Assembly: GCA_013239625.1 (NCBI GenBank)
Contig: MU053758.1
Coordinates: forward strand, 2,977,854-3,041,853
From: Lama guanicoe
Taxonomy: Eukaryota
Direction: 5' to 3'
Length of the DNA: 64,000 nucleotides
In this document: piece after piece, positions 1-12,900 of the stretch
Layout: every line of letters starts with the position of its first letter
How positions within the stretch are numbered: position 1 is the first letter of the stretch
Program-made: the position numbers and the translations under genes
Notes under the pieces: model-generated
What the model saw: only the letters and a program-made list of their open reading frames with translations
Databases searched by the model: none
What the model was told of the DNA's origin: nothing

Positions 1-413
1 TGGAAACAACCTAAATACCTATCAGTTGATGAATAAATAGAATGTGGTATATTCATACGATGAAATACTATTTGGCAACAAAAAAGAATGAAGTATTGAT
101 ACATGCTACTACATGGATGACCCTTGAAAACGCTGTGTTAAATATGAAAAAAGCCAGCCACCAAAGTCCACACCTTAGGATTTCATTCATATGAAATGTC
201 TAGAATAGGTGAATTTAGAGACAGAAAGTAGATAGTGGTTGCCTAGAGGGAGAGGGAGCTGGGAGGAAATGGAGAGTTGACCATTAAAAGGTACAGTGTT
301 TCTTTCCATGGCCAGAAATTGTTCTAAAACTATGCGTATACCAAAACCAATGAATGGTACACTTTACATGGGTGAATTTGGTATGTGAATGTCTCAATGA
401 AGTTAAAAAAAAG
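1..413 (+). mobile_element. Old L1 (L1M-type) 3' end fragment in a TOP2A intron
   Basis: Typical L1 3'UTR wording (tggaaacaacctaaat...aaaaagaatgaagta...acatggatga...gagacagaaagtaga) ending in an A-run. Confidence 0.8.
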
Positions 414-855
414 TAGATACTCAGTAAAGGCATAATCAAATGGTTAACACAATTGCTACTTCTATTTAATTTACTGAGTGACTGTTAAATATATCCCAGG
501 TATGGTGTTGAACTCTAGGGGTAATACAAACATGACTAAGATGTGGTCACTGTCCTCAAGAAACTTTATATATGAATATATTATATATTAGAACCTTATA
601 ACTATCTAGTAAGTGATATCTAATAAACTGAGCATTTTCTTTAGATCCCAACAGGAAGTATTTCATTACAAAATAATCTCTTCTGAAATAAATCAAATCC
701 CAAGGACATTATTAGGGAGGCTCAAGTATACTTCAGACATAGCTCTTATTCATGTTACTCAGTAAGAACTTACTGAACATCTATGTGGAATGTACTAGCT
801 AACAAACATAAGTTAATCTCAACTCTATACCATTTTCCTTATAATGTTTTAATAC

Positions 856-946
856 CTGGTTCTCTTTTCTGTTTCTTCTCCAATCTCTGTTTTAGGCTTT
901 CTACTTCCATCCCATCCTCTTGAGGGTTTCCTTCAGTATTTTCATT
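856..946 (-). CDS. TOP2A: TOP2A exon 29 ([11 protein letters not shown]...KKQKREP)
   Basis: AG/GT bounded, 91 nt. Confidence 0.93.
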
Positions 947-3900
947 CTAAAAGACAGCAAGACAAAAATGGTCACATTCTGCCAACTTATTATTTGAAAT
1001 AATACAAGGTCAAATATACAAATATTTATCTGGTTAGTGATTTTTTTTCTTCTTTGTGTTTTGGTTAGGAGCTCTGAATAAAGGTACAGGCATGACTTTT
1101 TCAAGATACTTAAACATTAAAAAAAATCAGCCTCATAAGAATGGAATGTTATGATTAGTTGGTAAATTCCAAACTATAGGATTGGAAATTTTGTAATCTG
1201 TTCAATTTTAAGTGGGAAAATGCTTAAAGTATTTTATGTATAACATTTTCAAGAGCATTACCTTAATTTTCTTTTTGATTTTCTTTTCAGCCTCTGCTTT
1301 CATCTCTATGGTCACTTGGGGGATGACTCTTTTTCCACATGGAGAAGGCAAAACTTCAGCCATTTGCGTTTTTTTTCCCTTTGCCTTCCCTCCTTTCCCA
1401 GGAAGTCCTATTTGTTCATCTTGTTTTTCCTTTGCTTCAACAGCCTACAAAATGTTGATATACGAAAGCAAACTTACAAGCTAACAAAGACATTATAGCA
1501 TTTATTCTACTTTATAGGGACAGAATAAAAGGCAAGTTAAACTGATATCCGTTTGTTACATCTTAAGGTAAATTTGTGACAAGCTGTTCTATAACTAAGT
1601 ATACCACCAATAATAGTGAAGATATAACTAAGGCACACTTTGAAAAGTGTGCTGAGTGAGACAGAAGATTTGGTTCTACATTTGAGGATAAAAAGGGGGA
1701 AACTGGGTGAAGGATAAAATACATACATACAGGTATACATATCTGTAAACTCAAGAAATAAGAAAGGGTGTGATTCCAGTAATGCACATTAGCCAATCAA
1801 CTGATTACAAGTTAGACATCCATACTGAAGTGCAATAATATAAATCTGCCTGTTAGCCTTTTAGCTTAATTTAGGAAATATTTTTTCTTAGAATGTTGGA
1901 AAACAAACCACATTAGCAATTGTAGTAACAAAAGATCCCCTGAAACTACTGAGTACCCTGAGGGTAAATTGTCTTTTAAGGTTTATTTGGGGGACTGGGT
2001 TGATGTTCTTCCACATTTAAATTCTCTTTATCTTCTCAGTCCCAGCAGGTCAAAAATCAACTCCTGCCCCTTCCCCTCTTTTGTCTAAAAACTTCTAGAG
2101 AGTATGTTTCTTGGCATCATTTACTTTATTCTAACTAGTTTCAAACAATCTGTTATTTTATGTGTTATCTTGGAATGTTTCCTCATGCCTCCTATATTCT
2201 TTCTATTGCCAATTGTGAAATTTCTTGACAAAGAGATATACTGCTAGAATACACTAATATTTCACTAATAAAAATTCTAACATGGGCATTATAAACTACA
2301 CACCTCCAGCTCTTCAATAAAAGCAGCCAAGTCTTCTTTCCACAAATCTGATGGACTCTTTCTCTTTAATGTTTCCAGCTCTTGCTCCTTCACAAGATAG
2401 TCAGAAAATTAAAGAGTTAACTTATAACTGAAAAATTGTGCTCTACACTGGAATTTGACACAACATTGTAAAATGATTATAAATCAATAAAAAATGTTAA
2501 AAAAATAAAAATAAAAGAGTTAACTTACATTCATAAACAGGATTTTCATGAAGCACAGAATTAAGTTTTTTACTTTCACCATTATAATACAACTAAGCAA
2601 CACATACTATCCATCAACAACTCACTTTTTCATTTCTTAGTTTGCACAGTTCATCTTTCTTTTCCTTGGTTAGATACCAAAGAGGCATATCAAGAAGGTA
2701 GTTGAAGGTTGGTCCAGAATCTGCTACAGAGTCACTCTTCTCAGTTTCCTTTTCATTGTCACTCTCTTCATTTTCTTCTTCATCTGGAACCTAAAGGAGG
2801 AATTAAATTGTAGCTTTAATAGGAAATGTGAAACATAGACATTAAGATTGTACATTCTTTAATAATGCAGAAAATGCTAACTTAGAAATCACCTTTTGTT
2901 GGGCTTCTTTCCAAGCCTTCACAGGATCCGAATCATATCCCCTCTGAATCAGAACTTTAATTAATTCTTTCTTAGGCTTATTTTCTGTTTAAACACATGT
3001 GAACAGAGATAATGGTTTTAAGCAATATTTTAGGAAAGGGACAAGGTTTTACCATATTAAGTCAAAGATTAAAACTGAAAATTAAACTCTCTCCTTGCAT
3101 AAATTTATATATCCTAGTGGATAGCCAAGTCTTCTCCCTAAACCACTGACAAATGGAAATTACCACAAGGGGGCAGCCAAGTCATATATGAGATTGTGAT
3201 CTAATCCTAACTCTTAACAGAAAATAATCAAAACCTTTATTTCTGATAAATATTGACCTCAGTTATACTCCCTGTCTTTTAATTTCAACACCTGAGTGGG
3301 CAAGTTTTTAGTGCCACCCATCCAGACACTGATTTTTTTTGATTATGGTCCCCTATGATGCATTTCTTCTCTTTTCCCTATAGTACGCCTCTACTAATGT
3401 CTACTGTAGCCAATTTATTAGACTTTGAGGAATACTGAGTTACTAGCTATACAAGAGTGAGGTTCTGAGTACCGCCTTTCATCAGTTAACTTGATATAGG
3501 TCACACTTTTAGGCCCTTTATATTTACTCCTTAAGAAGACTGGATAGCCCCTAGTACTTCCTAAATTTCACTGAACTGAATATAATCTTTACTTGTTATT
3601 TTTCTTTCAGTCATATCCAATATTACTCATTTCAGTTTTGTCTTAAGTAATAATATCTGTGAAATTAGGGGACTGATAAGTCATTGTTATTGTATTTTAA
3701 AATATTCATGACAATGAACATGTATCTACTAAGTTAAACATTTTTGTGAACCATCAGAAAAGTATCCTGCGATCACCAGTAACTTGGTTACCTGGCTTTC
3801 CTAGTTAGCCCTGGCTAGAATTGAGCTATTTCTTTTAACCTTCCAGCTTTAGTCAAAACTGTTTTCTTCCTGGTTAAACTTTGATTTAGTTGCTTCAAGA

Positions 3901-6900
3901 ATGGCTTTAAAAAATTCCTTAAGACGTGACTCTTTTGGTCTTGAGTGTACAATTTACTTACGAGCCATTTAAAATCCTCCTTCCTTTTTTTGCTTTTCTA
4001 TCAGACTTAACTCTGCTCTTTATCAGTTTATACGGGGACCTCTTCTAGCCTTCTATTCTCTTCCTGTCTAAATGTTAACTAAATCTTGATTTCTCAAGAT
4101 GCACCTAGGAAAAGCTATCTCTTTCAAACTATAAATGCTTAATTAGGTATCTGGAAGAAATGCTTGTATATGTAATCAGCCGAACTAAATGGATTTTGCT
4201 CTCTCTCCCCATCATTACTCTCACCAAAAATGTTTAAAGGAAGTTAGGCATGATTTTAGTCCAGGCAATTTTTGTTCCAAAAACATACCAATGATGATTT
4301 TGCCATCTATTTTCTCTAAGATAAAGCGAGCCTGATTGTTCAGTTTAGCAGATTCAGCGCCAAGCATTCCTAGAAGCCATTCTTTTCTTAATCCATAATA
4401 TTTAAGCCTGAGTTCAAAGAAGTCTCTTAGAATATCCAATGCTGTGTCGTATTTCTTTAAACAGCCTACATGGTCAAAAAGCACCTAGAAAAGAAAAACA
4501 AGATTAGAGCCAGTAATTCATAAACTGGCTAAACTTTAATGGTTTTAGAGAAATGACTTTATTCTTTAAAAATGTAAAAGTCAAAGATACCCTTTTAAAA
4601 CTGATATTAATCTTTAATGTGAATGGAAACATGTATTTCTTATGAAATAAGACATACCATCGAGTTGCATGTGAGACTAGTTTGGAGTTTGAAGACTTTG
4701 TGTAGTCCAGCTCTCTCTGCCTCTGCCAGTTTTTCTTCAGTCATCTTCACAACAAACTTGACAGTGGTGTCTGTATGGTATTCCCTATAATCTGTTATGA
4801 GAGGGGGCGTCTTCTCAGTGCCATTCAACATGGGTTCTAGAACCTGTTCTTTGTATGTCTAAAGAAACAAACAAGTCTTCTGTAAGTTTCTGAAACACTG
4901 GCTCCTGAATATTCAACAAACATTAGTACAGAAAGTGCTTCCCCAATCACAAAAAAGAAATCCACAGTTACCTGGGTCCATGTTCTGATGGGAAGTTCTG
5001 AGATTTCAATGGTTGTAGAATTAAGAATAGCTACTTCACCACTAATCACATATTGATTTGGAGCCAGCTCTTCAATAGTACCCTTGAAATTCTTGTAACT
5101 CGGAAGCTAAATTGATATTTTAAAAAAGAAAAGAATGTTTTCTAAATGTGATACTAAAAACAGAAATCACAACAGCATTAAACAATAAATCTAACATTAT
5201 TAAAAGTATGAAATAAATTTTATATTTGTGTCCTTTTTCATCATATCATCTACTGAACTGAAATCAGAGGAAAACAAAGGTTTCTAGTACCAGAGAATAG
5301 TTACCATTGGCAAAGGTTCCGCTCCATCCATCAAAAGTCTGATGTTATTCACAACCTCACGAACATCAAAGTTGGGGATTTTGCAGGACCAGCCAGTACC
5401 AATTCCTTCAGCGCCATTTATCAGCACCATGGGTATAATAGGAATGTACCATTCAGGCTCAACACGCTGGTTGTCATCATATAAAAACTTCAATGTGTGA
5501 TCATCTTTTGGTGGAAATAACAACCGAGCCAAAGGGCTAAAGAAAACAAAAAGTGTTATTTTATAAAAATACTGGCTTTGGCACAACTTTCCTGGAAAGA
5601 ACATGTGTTATCTCAGATGTATACATGAAAATTGCCTTGGCTTTACTTGCTAATATTCATTTACCATTTATTGAGTACTTTCTAGTGCCAGGCATTGAAG
5701 ATACAAAGTCTTAGCCTTCAAGAAGCTCAGTAAAGGGAGATATTCTAGTACGGGAGATAGCCAATGAATATATGTTTTGTCAGGTGGTGGGGTAAATACT
5801 AAATAGAAAAATAAGGTAGCTAAGATTAACTAAGGGGATGCTAAAAAATGGTAAGCACTTTCTGACAGGATAACATTTGAGCAGAGAAATTGAGAGAATG
5901 AGCCACATGGCTGTTTGAAGAAAGAGTATTTATTGCAAGTCAGAGGCCCTGAAGGAGTGTGCTTGGCATGTTTGAATATAGGCATAGAGGCCAGATGTGT
6001 TTGGAGCAGAGACAGTATGAGATGGAATCAAAAGATTTGGGGAGTGGGAGCACAGATCATAGAGGGTCTGGTTTGCTAAAATAGGGCTTTAGTTTTTTCT
6101 CTGAAGAAGTAGGAACCAGAATAACCTATTTTTAAAAATTAGCTGCCAAAAGAAAGAAGGATAGACTATAATATAACAGTCTATGTGAATATAATGAATA
6201 TAATGAATGAGGTGGCTTAGTATTTTCCCAATGCAGTGCCCATAGGATTTACTGATGAACTGGATAAAAGTGTAGAGAAAAGGAGTTAAAGGTAACTCCA
6301 AGTTTTTAGTCTGAGAATTAGAAGGATAGCATTCCATTTACTGAGACAGGAAGACTAAGGATGTGGTTTTGAACTTTTTGAAATATTTATCAGACATCCA
6401 AGTAGTAAACATTGAGAGAAGAGTTGGACATAAAATTTAGAGGCCAGGGCTGGAGCTGTGAGACTGGATATATATATATGAGACATATATATTCATGGAT
6501 GGGAGAGGAGTGTGGTTAGTAGAAAGAGATCTGATGAAGGGGCCCTGGGGCAGGCCAGTATTTGGAGGCTGAGAAGGCCAACAGTCTGGTGTCTTGGAGG
6601 ACAAATAAAGAAAGAAGAGTTTCAAGGATGGACTGATTAACTGTATCCTATGCTGTTCAAAGGCTGAATAAGATGACACCTGAAAACTGACCATTCATAA
6701 TGTATTTTCCATAGACTTATAAAGAAGTAAAATTTCAACTTGTGGTATTTAAGAAAAGTCAAGCTCTTCTTTACTCTGACTCAAATTCTACAGCAGGGTT
6801 TCTTGACCTCAGCACTACTGACACCTTGGGTCAGATGGTTCTTAGCTGTGGTGGTGCTGTCCTTTGCATTACAGAGTTTAGCAGTATCCCTGACCTCTGC

Positions 6901-9900
6901 CGACTAGATGGTAGTAGCATGGTTCCCCTAGTCATGACAATCAAAAATGTCTCCAGACACTGCCACATATCCCCTGAAGGGCAAAATCTACCCTGTTTGA
7001 GAGCCACAACTCTATATGGAGAAAGAAGAAAATATAAGAAAGGGGAGTAAAAATATTTATAGTTTGGCAAGGAAACAATACTTCTAAGGGATACAAAGGC
7101 TAAGTTATCAAGCTGAAATAGAATTTTGACTTTCTGCTCATTGCAAAGAGTAACACAATTTTACTTTAATTGAGCTAGTTTTAGAAAAATTAATAATCCA
7201 AGCATCTGTATCAAAAATATATTTTCTGACTAACTGAATTTTCCTATTTTTAGTCAACTAAATCTCACAATACTTCAAAATTAGAAATGGCAATTCACTA
7301 AAAGTTGGAAGCATACACACCTGAGCATTGTGAAGATGTATCGAGGACTAGCAGAATCCTTGCCACCATGCAGCCTGGTACCAAACTGACCAATGGGCTG
7401 CAAGAGGTTCAGATTATTGCTACCCACAAAATTCTGAGCCAAATTGATAATGGTCATCATTAGTGACATCTAGGGGGGAAAAAAGATTCATTAATCTAAC
7501 CTGTGGACTTTCAATAATAATATGTCCATCATTATGATTATGCCTCACCATAACCCTATAAGGTTTTATGAAGTATAGATGTTTATTGACTTTTCCCAGG
7601 TAAATACATGGCAGATGTAGTACCTAAACCTGAGACTTTTGGCTCCAAATTCAGGGCTCTTGCATTCCAATGATTCCTAGCAAGTCCTATTCAACCTTGG
7701 AGGCATAGCTTCTCTCTTCACTCTCAGCAGAATGAAATATTTCTTCCTTTGTGTTACAACACTTTGCTCATTTCTATTCTAGCATGTATCACTTTATTCT
7801 GTAGTTGTGTGTGTGGGTGCGTGCGCGTTCATGTTCCTCTGGTTGAACTGTGATTATACCTTAAAGGTAGAGAAGATATTTATCTTTGTATCCTTGGTAC
7901 ATGGTAAGCATTTAACAAATGTTTGCTATGTGAACATCTACTAAGTACCTGCTATATTTTGATTGAAAGCAACAAGCAAGACAATCATTACCTTTTAAGT
8001 ACTAGAAATTTATAGGCAACTAATTCTTTAAAACTGTTTTACATAATAAATACAAAAAAGCAATTTCAGTTACAAAATAAAAAAGGAATATGTATATATG
8101 TTTGCATGAAGTCAATTCAGATATATACAAAAAATTGGAAAGTTGTCCTTTCCAATGCTCAGGGATAACAAAAGTTCACAATCTAAAGCATATACTTTAA
8201 GTATTTTTCTGCCTCTTTTCCCCCCTCACCTGACAATAGAACATGGACATTCTTCCATGTTAGTAGATATAGATTTACTTAAGTTATATCACTGATTCCA
8301 TGCACAGATGTGTCACAATTTATAATAATTTCCCAGTTGATGGATATTTTCCACATCTAAATTTTAGCATAACAAAGTTATAATAAACATTAATAAAGAT
8401 CTTTGAACAAAGAGCCTTGCAGATCCTATAGTATCCTTATAGGAATATTATTTTTATAAATAGATTTGTTATGTCAAAAGGTAAGCACATTCATGGTTTG
8501 ATAGATTCCATCAAACTCTACCATGGATGCACCAGCTTATACTTTCACCAACTGTTTAGAGACTGACTTCACAGGTATTTCTGCTATAATGCTGTCTGGA
8601 AACATAGATTATGTGTTTACCTCACCATGATGATATGAGGACATCTCAGCTACTGATCCAGCTAGCTGGGCAACTTTCACCTCTCGCTTGTCATTCCGTT
8701 TGAAACATGTAAACAAAACCTTTCTCTGACCTGGTTTCAAACCTTCAAAATGAAAGAAGTGTAAATATTAATATCCTCAATTTAACCATTTCTGGGCATT
8801 GATTTCCATCTTATGATAAAAATAGGCTAATAAATTGGAACTCACCATCTACCATAGATGGGATAGATCTCTCATTATCAGAATTTGAGAACAGGATAAG
8901 TTCCTTGTTTATGAAGTCATTGTATGTCAGATATGTGGTAGTTTGCCCATATAAGTAATCCTGAGGAACCAAAGAAAGTATTACATGATCTAGTTTAAAA
9001 TGAAAAAACAAACAAAAACAAAAAAACAAAAACCACTGGTCTTAACAATGCTTTATACAAAATAAAATAAAGATACTTCTTAAAATTATCATTTCTATGA
9101 TAATTCTGAAGTCCCTCAAAAATAAAGAATTATGAGGAAGTATTTTATGTTTTAAAGACAAAGCAAATTTAATTGCTGCATAACTAGAAAAAAAGGGCAC
9201 TGACTTTGTAGTTTCTTTCAGGTCCAATACATTTATGCAGAAGCCTAAACAAGAATAAGGGCATTTATATACAGTTATCTATTATTAACTTTTTAACTGA
9301 AATAACTATTCAGTAACTTTAATTTGCCATAATACTGATTTGAAAAGGTCAGCAAATAATACATTTTGTGGGATATATTTAAATTTTTTTTACCTCAGGA
9401 AGGCCAAGTAACTTTCGTTGCCTTCTATCTTCCATGAAATGAGTTAACCATTCCTTTCGATCATCTATCTGTTTTTTGCTAAAGGCCTATAAATTAGAAG
9501 ATGAAAAAGATGTCACTGATTTTAATAGATTCCAAAATGTTTCTTCTATAAAAAAATTAACAAATAAACAACAAAAACTCAGTTTTCTAAAATATTTGGT
9601 TCCTTTCTCTGGGACACGCCTACTAAAAACATTCTATTCTATACAACATTTTATTATGAAAATTTCATGTTTCAAATGATTGCTTAAAGCACTGATTTCT
9701 AAAACTAGAATGTATGTATGAAATACAACTCAAACTCACCAGGCTGATTGCAGCATCATCTTCAGGACCAGAATATTTGAATTGGATACGATGTCTTTTC
9801 ATATCTGCGAAATATTCTTTAGCTTCTTTTGATGTGCTGGTGCCCAAACCTACAAAACCAAGAATACAAGTTACCCCATATAATCTCGCACAGTGGTATA

Positions 9901-12900
9901 TAACAAAATGAGAGGTCTAAAAGAGATTCATTACAAACCTTTGTAATATTTGACTTTCCATTTTTTATGATTTGGTGTAGAACTCTTCCATTCTTCAAAT
10001 TCAGGAAGGCTATAGAATGCCATTTCTTGCTTATTTTTAGACACCTGAAGTAAAAAACACACCACTGTGGCTTTCTATAGTGCTGGGTTCTCTGCATACC
10101 ACCATACATCACTGGGGTTATATGTGTTTCCAGGGTTGAGGAGCAGAGCCTTAAAATATCCATTGTGGTATCTTAGAAATTAGTATACCTTTACAATGGG
10201 AGTGATAAATTCCTCCAGAAAACGATGTCGCAGAAGAGAGGGCCAGTTGTGGTGGATAAAATTAATCAGCAAGCCTTTGATATGGGAACCATCTTGGTCC
10301 TAGAAATATTTGGAAAGCCAAAACACAAAAGAATTACTTAGAAACTCAAAAAAAATCAGAATTGACCTATTGATAATTTCTCAAAATTCTTTCTATGGGG
10401 ATTATAAAAAAGGCTATTAAATATCAAAATTCAGAGTCACTTAACCTGTATATATAATATACATATAACATAAGCATAATATCTGATTAGATGTGGATTA
10501 AAGATAATGAATAAAGCTCTAAGTTAGGTAATTTCCTTTCATGGCAGGAAAGCGATACAACAATAAGATATGAAAGTTTAATTTAGTTTAACAATCTAAA
10601 ATATTTGATAACCTGACCTGATCTGTCATAATCATTATCTTCCCATAACGTAGAGTCTTCAATGAATCTTCATCTTCATAGTTTTTCTTATACTGAAGAC
10701 CCACAATCTTGATTATATTGTTAATTTCAGCATTTTCCATTATCTGAAATGGACATATAGAAAAAAAAAAGGTAATATTTTGTTTACAAATTTTAAAAGA
10801 ACAAAGAAATACAGCAGTATATATTGCTTGGGTTATCTTGAACTCCAGTATTTTGAGTGATTAGCCTCTACTTTGGTTAAGTTAGGAGAAAGATGTTAAG
10901 ATATGCTACAATGTACCCAATTTCCTAAAATAACAACAAACTGTCTGAGATATATTTCAAAATGCCCAATAAGGGAATGAAATATAAGCATGAAGTCCTG
11001 CATTATAAAACTAGATTTAGATTCTAAAGATAGTTTTTATATATTCTACCTGTTTATGAGAAGCTTCTCGAACATTGAGTATTTTTCCTCTAAGAGGAAA
11101 AACCCCATATTTGTCTCTTCCAACCACACCAAGGCCTGAAACAGCCAAAGTTTTAGCTGAGTCTCCCTCTGTCAGGATAAGTGTACACTCCGTTGAGTTT
11201 CGGCCCCCTAAAATAAACAAATTATTATTAGTACATTTAGTTCAACCTCAAACATACTGACTCAGACACGTGATAAAACACAAATATAATTTATAATTCA
11301 TAACAAGTTGGCTTAGGAGTAAAATGGAGCTGAGTAGACACATTTTCACTCAAGTTTGTAAGTTAATAAAGTCTTAGTTTCTTAGACTAATTTCTTATGA
11401 CAATTATAGTGCTGTGAAACATTCATTTGATCATATTACATTGAATGTATTTGTTGGTGATGGGGTTTAGAACATGCTACCCCAAAGTATGGCCAAATTG
11501 AATATTTTAAGCTGAGGGAATTTTGAGCAAATGGTAGAAGCAGGAAGATTTCTCTGACCTCCCCTGAAGCAGGTCATAAAACCTTTAGGTAAGAGGTGCC
11601 CTCCTTATAACACGAGGAAAGGAACATTCTAATCCAAGGCTGAGGGACACAAAGAAGAATCTGAATGAAAAGGCCCTGCTAGGTTTCTCCCAAATTTACT
11701 ATACTTAGCTTATAATCTTTAGCCTATCATATCTTTCCACAACTTTCCATTCTTCACCAAAGCTAGCAGAAATACAATTAGGTTTAACTGTTTCCTTGAG
11801 TATTCATCTCCCTGTGAAGATTCTGGTGTCACATAAGAAGTATATAAATAAATTCAAATGCTTTTTTCCTGTTAATCTTTCTTTGTCAGTTTAATTTTCA
11901 GAGACAGCCAAAGACCTAAGAAGGCTGAGAAGACTTTTTCCTCCTCTACATTAGGTAATAGATCACTATATAAGCATTCTTGTTTTAAATCCCAAAATAA
12001 TCACCTCAACACTATTTATAACAGCCAAAAATTGAAAATGATCCAAATGTTCAATAACAAGGTACTGGTTGAGTTTTAACAAAGTACAACTATTCTGTTG
12101 AATATTAAATGCCAAGGGAAAAACATCCACACTATGCTGTTAATGAATAAAATAAATAACTGAACTACAAGATTTAAAGTTTGGAAACTTTATTATTTAT
12201 TACATGTATACCTGCATCATTGGCATCATCAAGTTTGGGAATTCCTTTGATTCTGTTATGTTTTACAGCTGAACACTTCTTGTTTAATTGGATCTGGGCC
12301 TTAAATTTCACCCAGTTTAGTATGCTTTCTACAATACCACAGCCCGTTGCCTGAAAATGAGGAGACTCATGTTAGGGAAGACTTCTGTCAGAAATCTAGA
12401 ATACAAATGAGCGCCCATAAAAATTAAAATAATTCAAAGATGAATAGCAGTAGGAAAAAAAATGTCTGGATAGAGGGTGGCACATCTTCCTGTCTCTGGT
12501 TATTACTACTGAGGGAATTGGTTCCTTTGGGTTCATTCACTCCATAAATATTTACCGACTATGTGTTTATATTGTCCCAGGCACTGAGCTACAAGATCTA
12601 GTGGTTAAAAACAAATTAGACATGGTCTTTGTCCTCATGAAATTTAATATACAACAAATAAATAAAATGAGAAATTACAGCATGATTAATATTATGGAGA
12701 ACTGAAAAAAGCATGTTACATATAAAAAGGTATGTCTAGTGTTATACTAGAACAAACTTAGTTGGGAAAAGGAGTAGAAAGTAAAGGCTTTCCTAAGGAT
12801 ATGACATTTAAGACATAAAACAATTAGCCAGGTGAAAAGCATTTAAGGCAAAGGGATTAGCTAATGTGAAAAAGCTCTAAGGAGGGGAAGAGTACTATGC

